A DNA stretch of 64,000 bases from the human T2T-CHM13v2.0 reference genome, Homo sapiens, in the NCBI RefSeq assembly GCF_009914755.1, contig NC_060948.1; one strand, written 5' to 3'. Below the pieces are notes generated by a model, which saw only the letters and a program-made list of their open reading frames with translations, was not told the DNA's origin and made no database searches. Below are positions 42,601-56,000 of this stretch, in pieces. The translations under genes were made by a program, and so were the position numbers. Position 1 is the first letter of the stretch; the number at the start of each line of letters is the position of its first letter.

Positions 42601-43197
42601 TTTGTGATGTGTGGATTCATCTAACAGAGTTAAAACTTTCTTTTGATTCAGCAGGATGGAAACACTCTTTTTGGGGAATCCACAAAGGGACACTTAGGAG
42701 CCCTAGGGGCCCATGTGGAAAAACAGAATGTACCCAGGTAGAAACAAAACAAGCTGTCTGTCAAACAACCTTGTGATATGTGGATTCATCTCACAGAGTT
42801 AAAACTTTCTTTGGATTCAGCAGGTTGGAAACACTCTTTTTGGAGTATCTGTGAAGGGACATTTGGAAGTCCATTGAGGCCAATGGGGAAAAATGGAATA
42901 TCCAATGATAAAAACTAGAAAGAAGCTGTCTGTGAAACTGCTTTGTGATTTGCAGATTCAGCAAACAGAGTTAATCCTTTCTTTTGATTGGACAGGTTGA
43001 AAACACTTTTTTTTTTTTTTTTTTTTTTTTTTGGAGAATCTGTGAAGCGACATTTTAGATCCCATTAAAGATCATGGGGAAAGTCAGAATGTTCTCAGGT
43101 AAAAACTTGAAAGAAGCTATGTGTGAAACTGCTTTGTGATTTGTGGATTCATCTCAGAATTAAACCTTTCTTTTGATTCAGCAAGTTAGAAAATCTC

Positions 43198-43502
43198 AGC
43201 CAGGTGGGGTGGCTCATGCCTCTAATCCCAGGACTTTGGGAGGCTGAGGCAGGTGGATCACAAGGTCAGGAGATCGACACAGTCCTGGATAACATGGTGA
43301 CACCCCATCTCTAATAAAAATACAAAAATTTTAGCCAGAAATAGTGGTGGGTGCCTGTAGTCCCAGCTACTTGGGAGTCTGAGGCAGGAGAATGGCATGT
43401 AACCAGGAGGTGGAGCTTGCAGTGAGTGGGAAATTGCACCACTGCACTCCAGCCTGGGTGACAGAGCAAGACTCCACCTCCAAAAAAAAAAAAAAAAAGA
43501 AA
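43198..43502 (+). mobile_element. AluY in satellite
   Basis: GGTCAGGAGATCGA, GAATGGC and GAGCTTGCAG diagnostics; TSD AGAAAAT(C/G)TC at 43188-43197 and 43503-43512. Confidence 0.92.
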
Positions 43503-44707
43503 AGAAAATGTCTTGTTGGAGTATATGCAAAGGGATATTTAGGAGCCCATTGAGGCCCATGTGGAAAAACTGAATATTCCCAGGTAAAAACAAGAAAAAA
43601 GCTGTCTGTGAAACTCATTTGTGATGTGTAGATTCATCTCACAGGGTTAAAAGTTTCCTTTGATTCAGCAGTTTGGAAACACTCTTTTTTAGAGATTCTG
43701 CTAAGGGATATTTGTGAGCCCATTGAAGCCTATGGGGAAAATCCAAAAATCCCTAGGTAAAAAACTAGAAAGAAGGTATCTGTGAAACTGCTTTGCCATG
43801 TGTGGATTCATCTCATAGAGATAAACCTGTTTTTTGACTCAGCAGGTTGAAACACTCTTTATGGAGGATCTGCAAAGGGACGTTTGGAAGCCCATTGAGG
43901 CCAATGTGAAAAACCAAATATTGTCAGGTAAAAACCAGAAAGAAGCTATCTGTAAAACTACTTTGTGGTTTGTCGATTCTTCTCACAGAGTTAGGCGTTT
44001 TCTTTGATTCAACAGGTTGGAAAAAATCTTTTTGGAAAATTTGCAAAGGGACATTTGGAGCCCATTGAGGCATACAGGGAAAAACCCAATATCCCCAGGT
44101 AAAAACTAGAAAAAACTTTCTATGAAACTTCTTTATGATGTGTGGATTCATCTTACTGAATTAAACGTTTCTTTAGATTTAGCAAGTTGGAAACCCTCTT
44201 TTTGGAGAATCTGCAAAGGGATTTTTGGGAGCCCATTGAGGCCCATGAGAAGAAACTGAATTTCCACAGGAAAAACTAGAAAGAATCTGTGCAACAGCTT
44301 TGTGATGTGTGGATTCATCTCATAGAGTCAAATCTTTCTTTCGATTCAGCAGGTTAAAAACACTGTTTTTGGAGAATCTATGAAGGGATTTTTGGCAGCC
44401 CATTAAGGTCTACTGAGAAAAAAACAAATATCCTCAGGTAAAAACTAGAAAGAAGCTATCTGTGAAACTGCTTTTGTTCATGTGTGGATTTATCTCACAG
44501 AGTTAAACCTTTCTTTGGATTCAGCAGATTAAAAACACTCTTTTTGGAGAATCTGCATAGGGACATTTGGGAGTCCATTCAGGCCTATGTGGAAAAACCC
44601 AACATCCCCAGCAAAAAATTAGAAAGAAACTGTCTGTGAAATTGCTTTCTGATGTGTGGATTTGTCTCACAAAGTTAAAACTTTCTTTTGATTTATCTGG
44701 TTGGAAA

Positions 44708-45283
44708 TGTGGGAAAGAGAGTTTCTGGGGTGCCAGTTGTGTTGGTCTTCCCTGTGTGAGACACCCATGGAAAGCCATGGGTGGCCTCTGAGGAAAAACG
44801 TCTCCTTATTACCTTCAGGTTTTTATGCCTCTAGAGCATAACCACTCAGCAGCATTCCACAGTTTTCTCAGGGAGATAATACTCCCTTGAAGCAGTGGAG
44901 TATAGTCAAACATCTGGGCTTCTCCTAAAACCTGCTCCCACCTGTTTCAGTCCCAATAAGTTAAAGATCTTAAGTAGTTTAGACACACTCCTCTCCACAA
45001 GGAAATACATAGAAATCACCACTGCTGTAGTCTTATCAAATGACTCACAAGATCTCCTTCACTGATTAATCCTTTTCTTCATTCCTTGCTCCCCCTCTCA
45101 TCTGCTGTAAGAACAGCCTGTATATCAATAGATTGTGTGGAGCCTGAGAGCTCTGGGCTGTGAGCAAACCTTCAATGCTCCAGTCCCCTAGACCCACATT
45201 TTAAACACTTATTCTGTCTAACTCTTTTTTCTCCACCAGAGTCAGTGTACCCACTGGGTAGTGCGGGGCTGGTTTCCCCAATA
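44708..45283 (+). mobile_element. 5' LTR of a HERV-K14-group provirus (LTR14C-like, HML-9)
   Basis: TGTGGGAAAGAGAGTTTCTGGGGTGCCAG start, ~576 bp, ends GGCTGGTTTCCCCAATA, followed by a PBS and gag. The family name is from recalled consensus. Confidence 0.75.
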
Positions 45284-45285
45284 TC

Positions 45286-45303
45286 TGGCACCCAACGCAG
45301 GTA
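45286..45303 (+). other. Primer-binding site, tRNA-Lys
   Basis: TGGCACCCAACGCAGG compared with the Lys PBS TGGCGCCCAACGTGGGGC. Confidence 0.8.
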
Positions 45304-45436
45304 TCCCTGTAATATCTACAAATAATCCAGTGAAGAAATGCCAGAGCATGGAAAGTGGAGCGTGACTGACAAAGGACACCCACGTACGTTTTTACTTCAG
45401 GATCTATGGAGAATTCCATGGTAACCTCAGGAAAAT

Positions 45437-46674
45437 ATGGATCAGGCTGAAAGTAAGTTTACTAATTACTTAAGCCTGGTGCCACAGTTATTGTGTCACA
45501 GTGGGACAATTGTGAGTACCTGAAATCTCACATCTTTGTTCCATCTCATAGAAGAGTATTCTCCTTGGTTCCCAGAATATGGCACCAGGAATATAAAAGA
45601 TTGGTATAAGGTTGGTTCAGACTTAAAACCAGCACAGCAAGAGAGCCACAACATTCCTTTCTCCACTTGGTCTGTGTGGTTGGCAACTAAAACAGCACTG
45701 AAGTGCTTCCTCACTGAGGAGGAAGGAGTAGGAGTTTCAGGATGACGTAGAAAAGTTTAATAATCAGAAGTCTGATGATCAGCAAAGTGAACCATCACAG
45801 TCTAGGTTTAAAAAGGGGGAGAAATGGGAAGCTATATATGCTAACCTCCAAAAAATTAAGAAAGGAACAGTTCCAACTACTGCAGAAACAGTACCACCTA
45901 CTGTGCCTTTAAGGGAAGGCCTGGAATGGCCACCCCTGCCTCAGCCTTATGAATTTTTGGAAAGGGAGCCTGAGATGTGGCTTACTACTCTAAATGTTGC
46001 ATGTCCCACCATTAACTATGGTGAAGGGAAGCTTCAGGCTTGCCCAACAGCCAATTACAGTGAGAGAATGATCGCGGCTTGTCCACCAGTTAATTATGGT
46101 AAAGGAATGCTCCAAGCCAACCCAAATACAAATTATGATTCAGGGAGGAGGCCAGAGAACATGCTCAAGCACACTGGGAGCTGTTTCCTCTTAAAATATT
46201 AAAAGACTTAAAGCAATCAATTGGACAATATGGACCAAATTCTCCTATGTTCATTCCTTATTACAATCTGTGGCTTATAACCAACATTTAATATGGATTA
46301 GAAGTCATTAGCCTGATCAACCCTGTCCCTCTCTCAATTTCTGTAATTTAAAACCTGGTGGATGGATGAAGCAACAAATCAGGCATGCAGAAATGCTCAA
46401 GCCTAACCTCCCATTAATATCACATCTGATCAATTGCTTGGAATTGGACAGGCATGAGGTACTGGAAATCAACCAATGGTAATGGGTGTTGAAGCTGTTG
46501 ATCATCTCAGAAATATATGCCTAAGAGCCTCGAAAAAGTTCATGACCCTGGTACTACTTACCCTTCTTCTAACTCAGTTCAACAGGCTCCAAGAGAGCTT
46601 TATCCAGATTTTGTCACCCTTTTGCAAGACACAGCTCAAAAGGCCACTTTGGATTATCAAGTCAAGAAAGTGAT
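45437..46674 (+). pseudogene. gag: HERV-K gag remnant (MA to mid-CA), truncated
   Basis: MDQAESKFTNYLSLV...LFHLIEEYSPWFPEYGT..KDW.KVG; QYGPNSP; VQQAPRELYPDFVTLLQDTAQK (major homology region); contains stops and frameshifts. Confidence 0.88.
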
Positions 46675-47777
46675 CCGTGAAGGAAAATTTTGGAGTCTGC
46701 TGAAACCTATGGGGAAAAACATTATATTCATAGGTAAAAACTAGAAAGAAGCTATCCGTGGAACTGTTTTATGATGTGTGGATTCACCTCACAGAGATAA
46801 AACTTTCTTTTGATTCAGCAGGTTTGAAACACTCTTTTTGGAGAATCTGCAATGAAACATTTGAGAGTGCACTGAGGCCTATGAGGAAAAACTGAATATC
46901 TCCAGAAAAAAACTAGAAAGTAGCTATCTGTGAAACTGCCTTGTGATATCGGGGTTTATCTCACAGGGTTAAAGCTGCCTTTTGATTCAGAAGTTAGAAA
47001 CACTGTTTTTGGAAAATCTGCAAAAAGACATTTGGAAGGCCATTGAAGCCTCTGGGAAAAAAAACAAATATCTTCAGAAAAAAACTAGAATCTCTCTGTA
47101 AAACTACTTTCTGATGTGTAGATTCATCTAACAGAGTTAAACCTTTCTTTTCATTCAGCAGGTTGTAAACACTCTTTTTGTGGAATCTGCAAAGGCACAT
47201 ATTGGAGCTCACTGAAGCATAAGTGAAAAACAAAGTATCCTCAGATAGAAACTAGAAAGAAGCTATCTGTGAAACTGCTTTGTAATATTTGGATTGATCT
47301 CAAAGAGTTAAACCTTCCTTTTGATTCAGTAAGTTGTAAACACTCTTTTTAACGAATCTCCAAAGGGACTTTTTGAGCCCATTGAGTCCTTGGGGAGAAA
47401 CTGAATATCCCCAGGTGAAAATTATAAAGAAGCTATCTGTGAAACTGCTTTCTGATATTTGGATTCATGTCACAGAATTAAAATTTCCTTTTTATTCAGC
47501 AGGTTGGGAACACTGTTTTTGGAGAATCTGTGAAGGCATATTTGGGAGACCTTTGAGTTTTATGCAGAAAAACATAATTTCAAGAGATAAAAACTAGAAA
47601 GAAGCTATTTGTGAAACTGTTTTGTGACTTGTGGATTCATTCCACAGAGTTAAAGCTTTCTGTTGATTCAGCAGGTTGAAAACCCTCTTTTAGGAGAATG
47701 TGCAATAAAACATTTGGGAGCCCTTTGAGGCATATGGGGAGAAACGAAACATCTCCATTTAAAAACTAGAAAGAAGT
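46672..47777 (+). repeat. Alpha satellite, layer A
   Basis: Same monomer consensus. Confidence 0.95.
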
Positions 47778-50700
47778 GAGGGAGTGATCCAAGATGGCCG
47801 AATAGGAACAGGTCCAGTCTACAGTTCCCAGAGTGACACAGAAGACAGGTAATATCTACATTTCCATCTGAGGTACTGGGTTCATCTCTCTGGGGCCTTT
47901 TGGACAGTGGGTGCAGCCCATGGAGTGTGAGCTGAAGAAGGGTGGGACATTGCCTCACCTGGGAAGCACAGGGGGTCGCAAAATTCCCTTTCCTAGCCAA
48001 GGGAAGACATGACAGATGGTACTGAAAAATCAGGACACTCCCATCCTAATACTGCACTTTTCCAACAGTCTTAGCAAATGGCACAACAGGAAATTACATT
48101 CCATTCCTGGCTCAGAGGGTCTGACACCCACAGAGCTTTGCTCACTGCTAACACAGCAGTCCAAGATCAAGCTGCAAGGCAACTGCAAGGCTGAGGGAGT
48201 GGTATACACCATTGCTGAGGCTTCAGTAGGTAAACAAAGCAGCTGGGAACTTCAAACTGGGTGGGGCCCATCACAGCTCAATGAGGCCTGCCTGCTACTG
48301 TGGACTCCACCACTGGGGGCAGGATATAGCTGAACAAAAGGCAGCAGAAACTTCTGCAGACATAAGTCCCTGTGTGACAGCCTTGAAGAGAGTAGTGGTT
48401 CTTCCAGCATGAAGTTTGGGATCTGAGAATGGACAGACTACCTCCTCAAGTCATTCCCTGACCCCCAAGTAGCCTAACTGAGAGACAACTCCCAGTAGGG
48501 GCTGACTGACACCTCATACAGCTGGGTGCCCCTCTAAGACGAAGCTTCCAGAGGAAAGATCAGGCAGCAACATTTCTTTTTGTGCAGTATTTGCTCTTCT
48601 ACAGCCACCACTGGTGATACCCAGACAAAGAGGACCTGGAGTAGACTTCCAGCAAAGGCCAACAGAGCTGAAGCTGAGGGCCCTGGCTTTTAGAAGGAAA
48701 ACTAACAAACAGAAAGGAATAGCATCAACATCAACAAAAAGAACATCCATGCCAAAGCCCCATCTGAAGTTCACCATCATCAAAAACCAAAGGTAGATAA
48801 AACCACAAAGATGGGCAGAAACCAGAGCAAAGAAGCTGAAAATTCTAAAAATCAGTGTCTTTTCTCCTCCAAAGGAAAACAAGCTCCTCCTCAGCAACAG
48901 AACAAAGCTGGAGGGAGAATGACTTTGATGAGTTGACAGAAGTAGGCTTCAGAAGATTGGTAATAACAAATTTTCCGAGCTAAAGAAGGATGTTTGAACA
49001 CATTGCAATGAAGTTAAAACTTAGAATAAAGATTAGACGATTGGCTAACTAGAATAAACAGCATAGAGAAGACCTTAAATGACCTGATGGAGCTGAAAAC
49101 CATGGCACGAGAACTATGTGATTCGTGCACAAGCTTCAAAAGCTGATTCAATCAAATGGAAGAAAGCATATCAGTGATAGAAGATAAAATTAATGAAACA
49201 ATGCAAGAACAGAAGTTTAGAAAATAAAGAGTAAAAAGAAACAAATAAAGCCTCCAAGAAATACGGGACTATGAAAAAAGACCAAATCTACATCTGATTA
49301 GTGTACCTGAAAGTGACAGGGAGAATGGAACCAAGTTTGAAAACACTAGGCAGGATATTTTCTGGGACAACTTCCCCAATCTAGCAAGGCAGACCAACAT
49401 TCAAATTCAGGAAATAGGGAGAATGCTGTAAAGATATTCCTCAAGAAGAGCAAACACAAGACACATAATTGTCAGATTCACCAAGGCTGAAATGAAGGAA
49501 AAAATGTTAAGGGAAGCCAGAGAGAAAAGTTGGGTTTCCCACAAAGGGAAGTCCATCAGACCAACAGCTGATCTCTTGGCAGAAACTCTACAAGCCAAAG
49601 AGAATGGGGGCCTATATTCAACATTCTTAAAGGAAAGAATTTTCAATCCAGAATTTCATATCCAGCCAAACTAAGCTTCATAAGTGAAGGAGAAATAAAA
49701 TCCTTTACAGACAAGCAAATGCTAAGAGATTTTGTCACCACCAGGCCTGCCCTACAAGAGCTCCTGAAGGAAGCACTAATAATGAAAAGGAACAAACAGT
49801 AACAGCCACTGCAAAAACATGCTAAACTGTAGACCATCAATACTAGGAAGAGACTGCATCAACTAACGAGCAAAAATAACCAGCTAACATACTAATGACA
49901 GTATCAAATTCAGACATAACAATATTAACCATCAATATAAATGGGCTAAATGCCCCAATTAAAAGACAGACTGGCAAATTGAATAGTGTCAAGACCCATC
50001 AGTGTGTTGTATTCAGGAGATCCATCTCATATGCAGAGACACACATTGGCTCAAAATAACCGGACGGAGGAAGACCTACCAAGCAAATGGAAAACAAACA
50101 AACAAAAAGCAGGGTTTTCAATCCTAGTCTCTGATAAAACAGACTTTAAACCAACAAAGATCAAAAGAGACAAAGAAGGCCATTACATAATGGTAAAGTG
50201 ATCAATTCATCAAGAAGAGCTAACTATCCTAAATACATATGCATCCAATACAGAAGCAACCAGATTCATAAGGCAAGTTCTTAGAGACTACAAAGAGACT
50301 TAGAATCCCACACAATAATAACGGGAGACAGTAACACCCCACTGTCAAAAATAGACAGAGCAACAAGACAGAAACTTAACAAGGATAACCAGGACTTCAA
50401 CTCAGCTGTGGACCAAGTGGACCTAGTAGACATCTACAGAACTCTCCACCCCAAATCAAAACAATATACATTCTTCTCAGCACCACATCACACTTATTCC
50501 AAAATTGACCACATAGTTGGAAGTAAAGCACTCCTAAGCAAATGTAAAAGAACAGATATTATAACAATCTCTCTCTCTGATGAAAATGCAATCAAATTAG
50601 AACTCAGGATTAAGAAACACACTCAAAACCACACAACTACATGGATATTGAACAACCTGCTCCTGAATGACTGCTGGGTAAATAATGAAATGAAGGCAGA

Positions 50701-52181
50701 GATAAAGATGTTCTTTGAAACCAAACAGAACAAAGACTAAACATACTAGAACCTCTGGGACACATTTAAAGCAGTGTGCAGAGGGAAATTTATAGCACCA
50801 AATCCCACAAGAGAAAGCAGGAAAGACCTAAAATTGACAGCCTAACATCACAATTAAAAGAACTAGAGAATCAAGAACAAACACATTCAAAAGCTAGCAG
50901 AAGTTGAGAAATAACTAAGATCAGAACACAACTGAAGGAGATAGAGACGTTAAAAAAAACCCCTTCAAAAATAAATGAATCCAGGAGCTGGTTTTTTTGG
51001 AAAGATCAACAAAATTGATAGACCACTAGCAAGACTAATACAGAAGAAAAGAGAAGAATCGAATATAGGCAATAAACCTTCCCAAGACTAAACCAGGGAG
51101 ACGTTGAATCCCTGAATAGACCAATAAGAGGCTCTGAAATGGAGACGATAATTAGTAGCCTACTAACAAAAAAAGTGCAGGACCAGACGGATTCACAGCT
51201 GAATTCTACCAAAGGTACAAAGAGGAGCTGATACCATTCTTTCTGAAACTATTCCAATCAATACGAAAAGAGGGAATCCTCCCTAACTCATTTTATGAAG
51301 CCAGCATCATCCTGATACCAAAGCCTGGCAGAGACATAACAAAAAAAGAGAATTTTAGACCAATATCCCTGATGAATATTGAAGCAATAATCCTCAAGAA
51401 AATACTGCCAAACCGAATCCAGCGGCACATCAAAAAGCTTATCCTGCACAATCCAGTTGGCTTCATCCCTGGGAGGCAAGGCTGTTCATCATATGGGAAT
51501 CAATAAACGTAATCCATCATATAAAGAGAACCAAAGACAAAAACCACATTATTGTCTCAATATATGCAGAATAGACTTTTCACAAATTTCAACAGCCCTT
51601 CATGCTAAAAATTCTCAATAAACTAGGTATTGATGGGACATATCTCAAAATAATAAGAGCTATTTATGACAAACCCACAGCTAATATCCTATTGAGTGGG
51701 CAAAAACTGGAAGCATTCACTTTGAAAACTGGCCCAAGGCAGGGATACCCTCTTACCACTCCTATTCAATATAGTGTTGGAAGTTCTGGCTAGAACAATC
51801 AGGCAGGGGAAAGAAATAAAGGGTATTCAATTAGGAAATGAGGAAGTCAAATTGTCCCTCTTTGCAGATCACATGATTTTATACTTAGAAATCTCCACTG
51901 TCCCAACCCAAAATCTCCTTAAGCAGATAAGCAACTTCAGCAAAGTCTCAGGATACAAAATCAAAGGGCAAAAATCACAAGCATTCCTATACACCAATAA
52001 CAGACAAACAGAGAGGCAAAACATGAGTGAACCCCCATTCACAATTGCTTCAAGGAGGATAAAATACCTAGGAATCCAACTTCCAGGGGACATGAAGGAC
52101 CTCTTCAAGGAGAACAACAAAGCACTGCTCAAAGAAATGAAAGAGGACACAAACAAATGGAGGAACATTTCATGCTCATGG
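47778..52181 (+). mobile_element. LINE-1, L1PA6-like, 5' end intact and 3' ~1.6 kb missing
   Basis: CCAAGATGGCCGAATAGG start; GGAATAGCATCAACATCAAC; ORF1 start MGRNQS at 48811; internal deletion at ~51078; joins satellite at ...CATGCTCATGG|TTCAGC with no poly(A) or TSD. Confidence 0.93.
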
Positions 52182-52926
52182 TTCAGCAAGTTGGAAACAA
52201 TCTCCTTGGAGAATCTGCAAAGGAACTTTTGTAAGTCCACTGAGGCCTTTTGGGAAAAACTCAATATCCCCAGATAAAAACAAGAAAGAAGCTGCCTGTG
52301 TAACTACTTTGTGATGTGTGTATTCAACTCACAAAGTTAAAACTTTATGTGGATTCAGCAGGTTGGAAATGCTCTTTGTGGAGAATCTGCAAATGGACAT
52401 TAGGCAGTCCATTGAGGCCTAAGGGGAAAATCAGAATATCCCCAGAAAAACTAGAAAGTAGCTTTCTGTGAAACTGCTGTGTGATGTTTTAATTAATCTC
52501 ACAGGGTTAAAAATTTATTTTGATTCGGCAGTTTGAAAACACTCGGTTTGAGGAATCTGCTAAGGGGCATTTGGGATTCCATTCAGGCCTATCGGGAAAA
52601 GTCAAATATCCCGGGGTAAAAACTGGAAAGGATCTCTCTGTGAAACTGCTTTGTGATGTGTAAATTTATCTCACAGAGGTAAAACTTTCTTTTGTTTCAG
52701 CAGGTTGGAGACAACTCTTTTTGAAGAAATTGCAAAAGGGCATTTGGAAGCCCACTGTGGCTCATGGGGAAAAACTGAATATCCTGAGACAAAAACTAGA
52801 GAGAAGCTATCCTTGAAACTGCTATGTGATGTATGGATTCATCTCACAGAGTTAAACCTTTTTCTGATTCAGCAGGTTGGAAACACTCTGGGACATTTGA
52901 GAGCCACTGAGGCCTAAGGGGAAAAA
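52182..52926 (+). repeat. Alpha satellite, last monomers of layer A
   Basis: GGAGAATC, ATGGGGAAAA and TTCATCTC variants. Confidence 0.92.
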
Positions 52927-53041
52927 CAGCTACTTGGGAGACTGGGGGAGGAGAATGGCATGAACCTGTGAAGCAGAGCTTGTGGTGAGCCGAGATTGCA
53001 CCACTGCACTCCAGCCTGGGTGACAGAGCAATAATCCATCT

Positions 53042-53072
<31 letters not shown>
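52927..53072 (+). mobile_element. AluY right arm only, no TSD
   Basis: Starts at CAGCTACTTGGGAG; GAATGGCATGAACC and GAGCTTG diagnostics; ~30-nt A tail. Confidence 0.9.
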
Positions 53073-53074
<2 letters not shown>

Positions 53075-56000
53075 CTTTCTATTGATTCAGCAGATGGAAA
53101 AACTCTTTTTGTAGATTATGCAAAGAGATACTTTAGAGCACAGTTAAGACGTATGGTGGTAACAGAATATCCCACAATAAAAACAACAGAAAATAGCTGT
53201 CAGTGTAACTTATTTGTATTGTGTGGATTTAGCTCACAGAGTTAAACCTTTCTTTTGATTCAGCAGTTTGGAATTACTCTTTTTGTGGATTGTATGAAGG
53301 GATATTTCAGAGCCTGCTATGCCCTATAGTGAAAAACAAAATATCTTGTGACAAAGTCCAGAAAGAAGCTATCTGTGAAACTGCTTTGTGGTGTCTGCAT
53401 TCAGCTCACAGAGTTAAACCTTTCTTTTTATTCCACAGTAGGGAAACACTCTTTTATAGAATCTAGAACAGACATTTCAGAGCCCACCATGCAAATAGGA
53501 AAAATTTTGACTATCTTGTGATAAAATCTAGAAAGTAGCTATCTGTGAAACTGAATTATGAAGTGTCGATTCAGCTCACAAAATTAAACTGTTTTTTTGA
53601 CTCAGCAGTTTTGAAACACTCTTTTTGTAGAATCAGTGAAGGGACATTTCAGTGCACAGTAAGTCCTATAGTGAAAAGCTGAATATTCTGTGATAAAAAC
53701 TACGAAGAAGAAATCTGTGTAATTGTTTTGTGATATGTGCATTCAACTCACAGAGTTAAACCTATCTTTTGATTCTGCAGGTTGGAAACACTCTTTTTGT
53801 AGAATCTGTGAGGGGCAATTCAGAGAACAGCAAGGCCTATAATGAAACACCAAATATGCCCAGACAAAAACTGGAAAGAAGTTATCTGTAAAACTGCTTT
53901 GTGATGTATGCATTCAGCTCAGAGTTAAACCTTCCCATTGATTCAGCTGTTTGGAAACACTCTTTTGTAGAATCTGCAAAGGTACATTTCAAAGTGCATT
54001 AAGGCCTATAGCAAAAAAACGAATATCCCTAAACAAAAAGTAGAGAGAAGTTGTCATAGAACTTCTTTCTGATATGTGCATTCAGCTCACAGGGTTAAAC
54101 CTTACCATTGATTCAGCAGTTTGGAAACACTCCTTTTGTAGATTCAGCAAAGGGACATTTGGGAGGGCATTGAAGTCTATAGTGAAGCATCAAATATTCC
54201 TTGATAAACAATTGAAAGAAACTCTCTGTAAAACTGCTTTGTGAGGTATGGATTCAGTTTACAGATTTAAACCTTTTTTTTTCATTCAGCAGTTTGGAAA
54301 CACTCTTTTTGTAGAATCTGCAGGAGACATTTCAGAGTGCAGTAAAGCCTATAGTGAAAAACCAATTATCTCACAATAAAAACTATAAAGAAGTTATCTC
54401 TGAATCTGATTTGTGATGTGTGCATTCAGCTCACAGAGCTAAACCATTGTTTTCATTCAGCAGTTTGGAAACACTGATTTTTAAACTCTACCAAGAGACA
54501 CTTTGGAGTATATTGAGATCCACAGTGAAAAACCGAAAAGCCCGGGATAAAAACTAGTAACAAGCTATCTGTGAAACTGCTTTGTGATGTGTGCATTCAG
54601 CTCACAGAATTAAGCCTTTGTTTTGATTCAGCAGATTGGAAACATCCTTTTTGTAGAATCTACAAAGTGATATTTTGGGGTGCAGTAAGGCCTACAGTGA
54701 AAAACAGAATATCTCAAAATAAAAACTAGTAAGAAGTTACTTGTGAAATTGCTTTGTGATGTGTGCATCCAGCTCACAGAGTTAAATTTAACTTTTGATT
54801 CAAAAGTTTGGGAACACTCTTTGTCTAGAATCGGTGAAGGGATATTTCAAAGGGCATTGAGGTCTATACTGAAAAAATGAATATGCCACTATTAAAACTA
54901 GAAAAATAATTGACTGCGCATCGTGGCTTATGCCCCTAGTCCTAGCATTGTGGGATGCTGTGTGGGTGGATCACGAGGTCAGGAGTACAAGACAAGCCTG
55001 GCCAAGATGGTGAAACCCCGTCACTAGTATAAAAACAAAAATTAGCTGGGCACAGTGACAGGAGCCTAAATCTCAGCTACTTGGTACGTTGAGGCTGGAG
55101 AATCACTTGAACCAGGGTGGCAGAAGTTGCAGTGTGCCAAGATCCAGCCTCTGCACCCCAGCCTGGTTGACAGAGTGAGACTCCATCTCATAAAAAAAAT
55201 CTAGAAAGAATCTATCTGTGAAGCTCCTTTGTGATGTGTGCGTTCAGCTCACAGAGTGAAACCTTTATTTTGATTCAGCAGATTGGAAACCCTCTTTTTA
55301 CAGTACCTATAAAATGACATTTTGAGGCATAGTAAGGCCTACAGTGAAAAACAGAATATCCCAAAATAACTAGTAAGAAGCTACTTGTGAAACTGCTTTG
55401 TGATGTATAAATTCTGCTCAGATAATTAAACCTTACTTCTGATTCAGCAGTTTGGAAACACTCTTTTGGTAGAATCTGTGAAGCGACACTTAGGAGCCCA
55501 CTGAGGCAAATAGTGAGAAATGGAATATCCCAAAATAAAAATTTGAAAGATACTATCTGCGAAACTCCTTTGTGTTGTGTGCTTTCAGTTCGTGGTGTAC
55601 AGCATTACATTTGATTCAACAATTTGAAAACACACTTTTTGTAGGATCTGTGAAAGGATATTTCAAGGCCCAGAAGGCCTGTACTGAAAAACACTATATC
55701 CCATGATAAAAACTAGAAAGAAGCTGTCAATGAAACTGTTTTGTGATTTGTGCATTAAACTCGTAGAGTGAAACCTTTCTCTTTTTTTAATTCAGAAGTT
55801 TGGAAGCACTCTTTTTGTAGAATCTGAGAAGGCACATTTATGAGGGTATTGAGGCCTATAGTGAAAAACCAAAAATCTTCTGATAAAAACTAGAAAGAAG
55901 CTTTCTGTGAAACTGCTTTGTGATGTGTGGATTCAGCTCATAGAGTTAAACCTTTCTTTTAATTCAGCAGTTTGGAAACCCTCATTGTGTAGAATCTGCA

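Larger units (their letters stand above)
31981..44707 (+). repeat. Alpha satellite, layer A (contains an AluY)
   Basis: Continuous ~171-bp monomers with frequent GGCCCATG and CCAGGTA variants. Confidence 0.97.

Noticed and set aside
51774-52277. L1 ORF2-satellite read-through ORF (likewise gag-satellite at 46517-46744)
   Set aside because: Upstream frames are broken, so these are incidental in-frame junctions with no sign of function.
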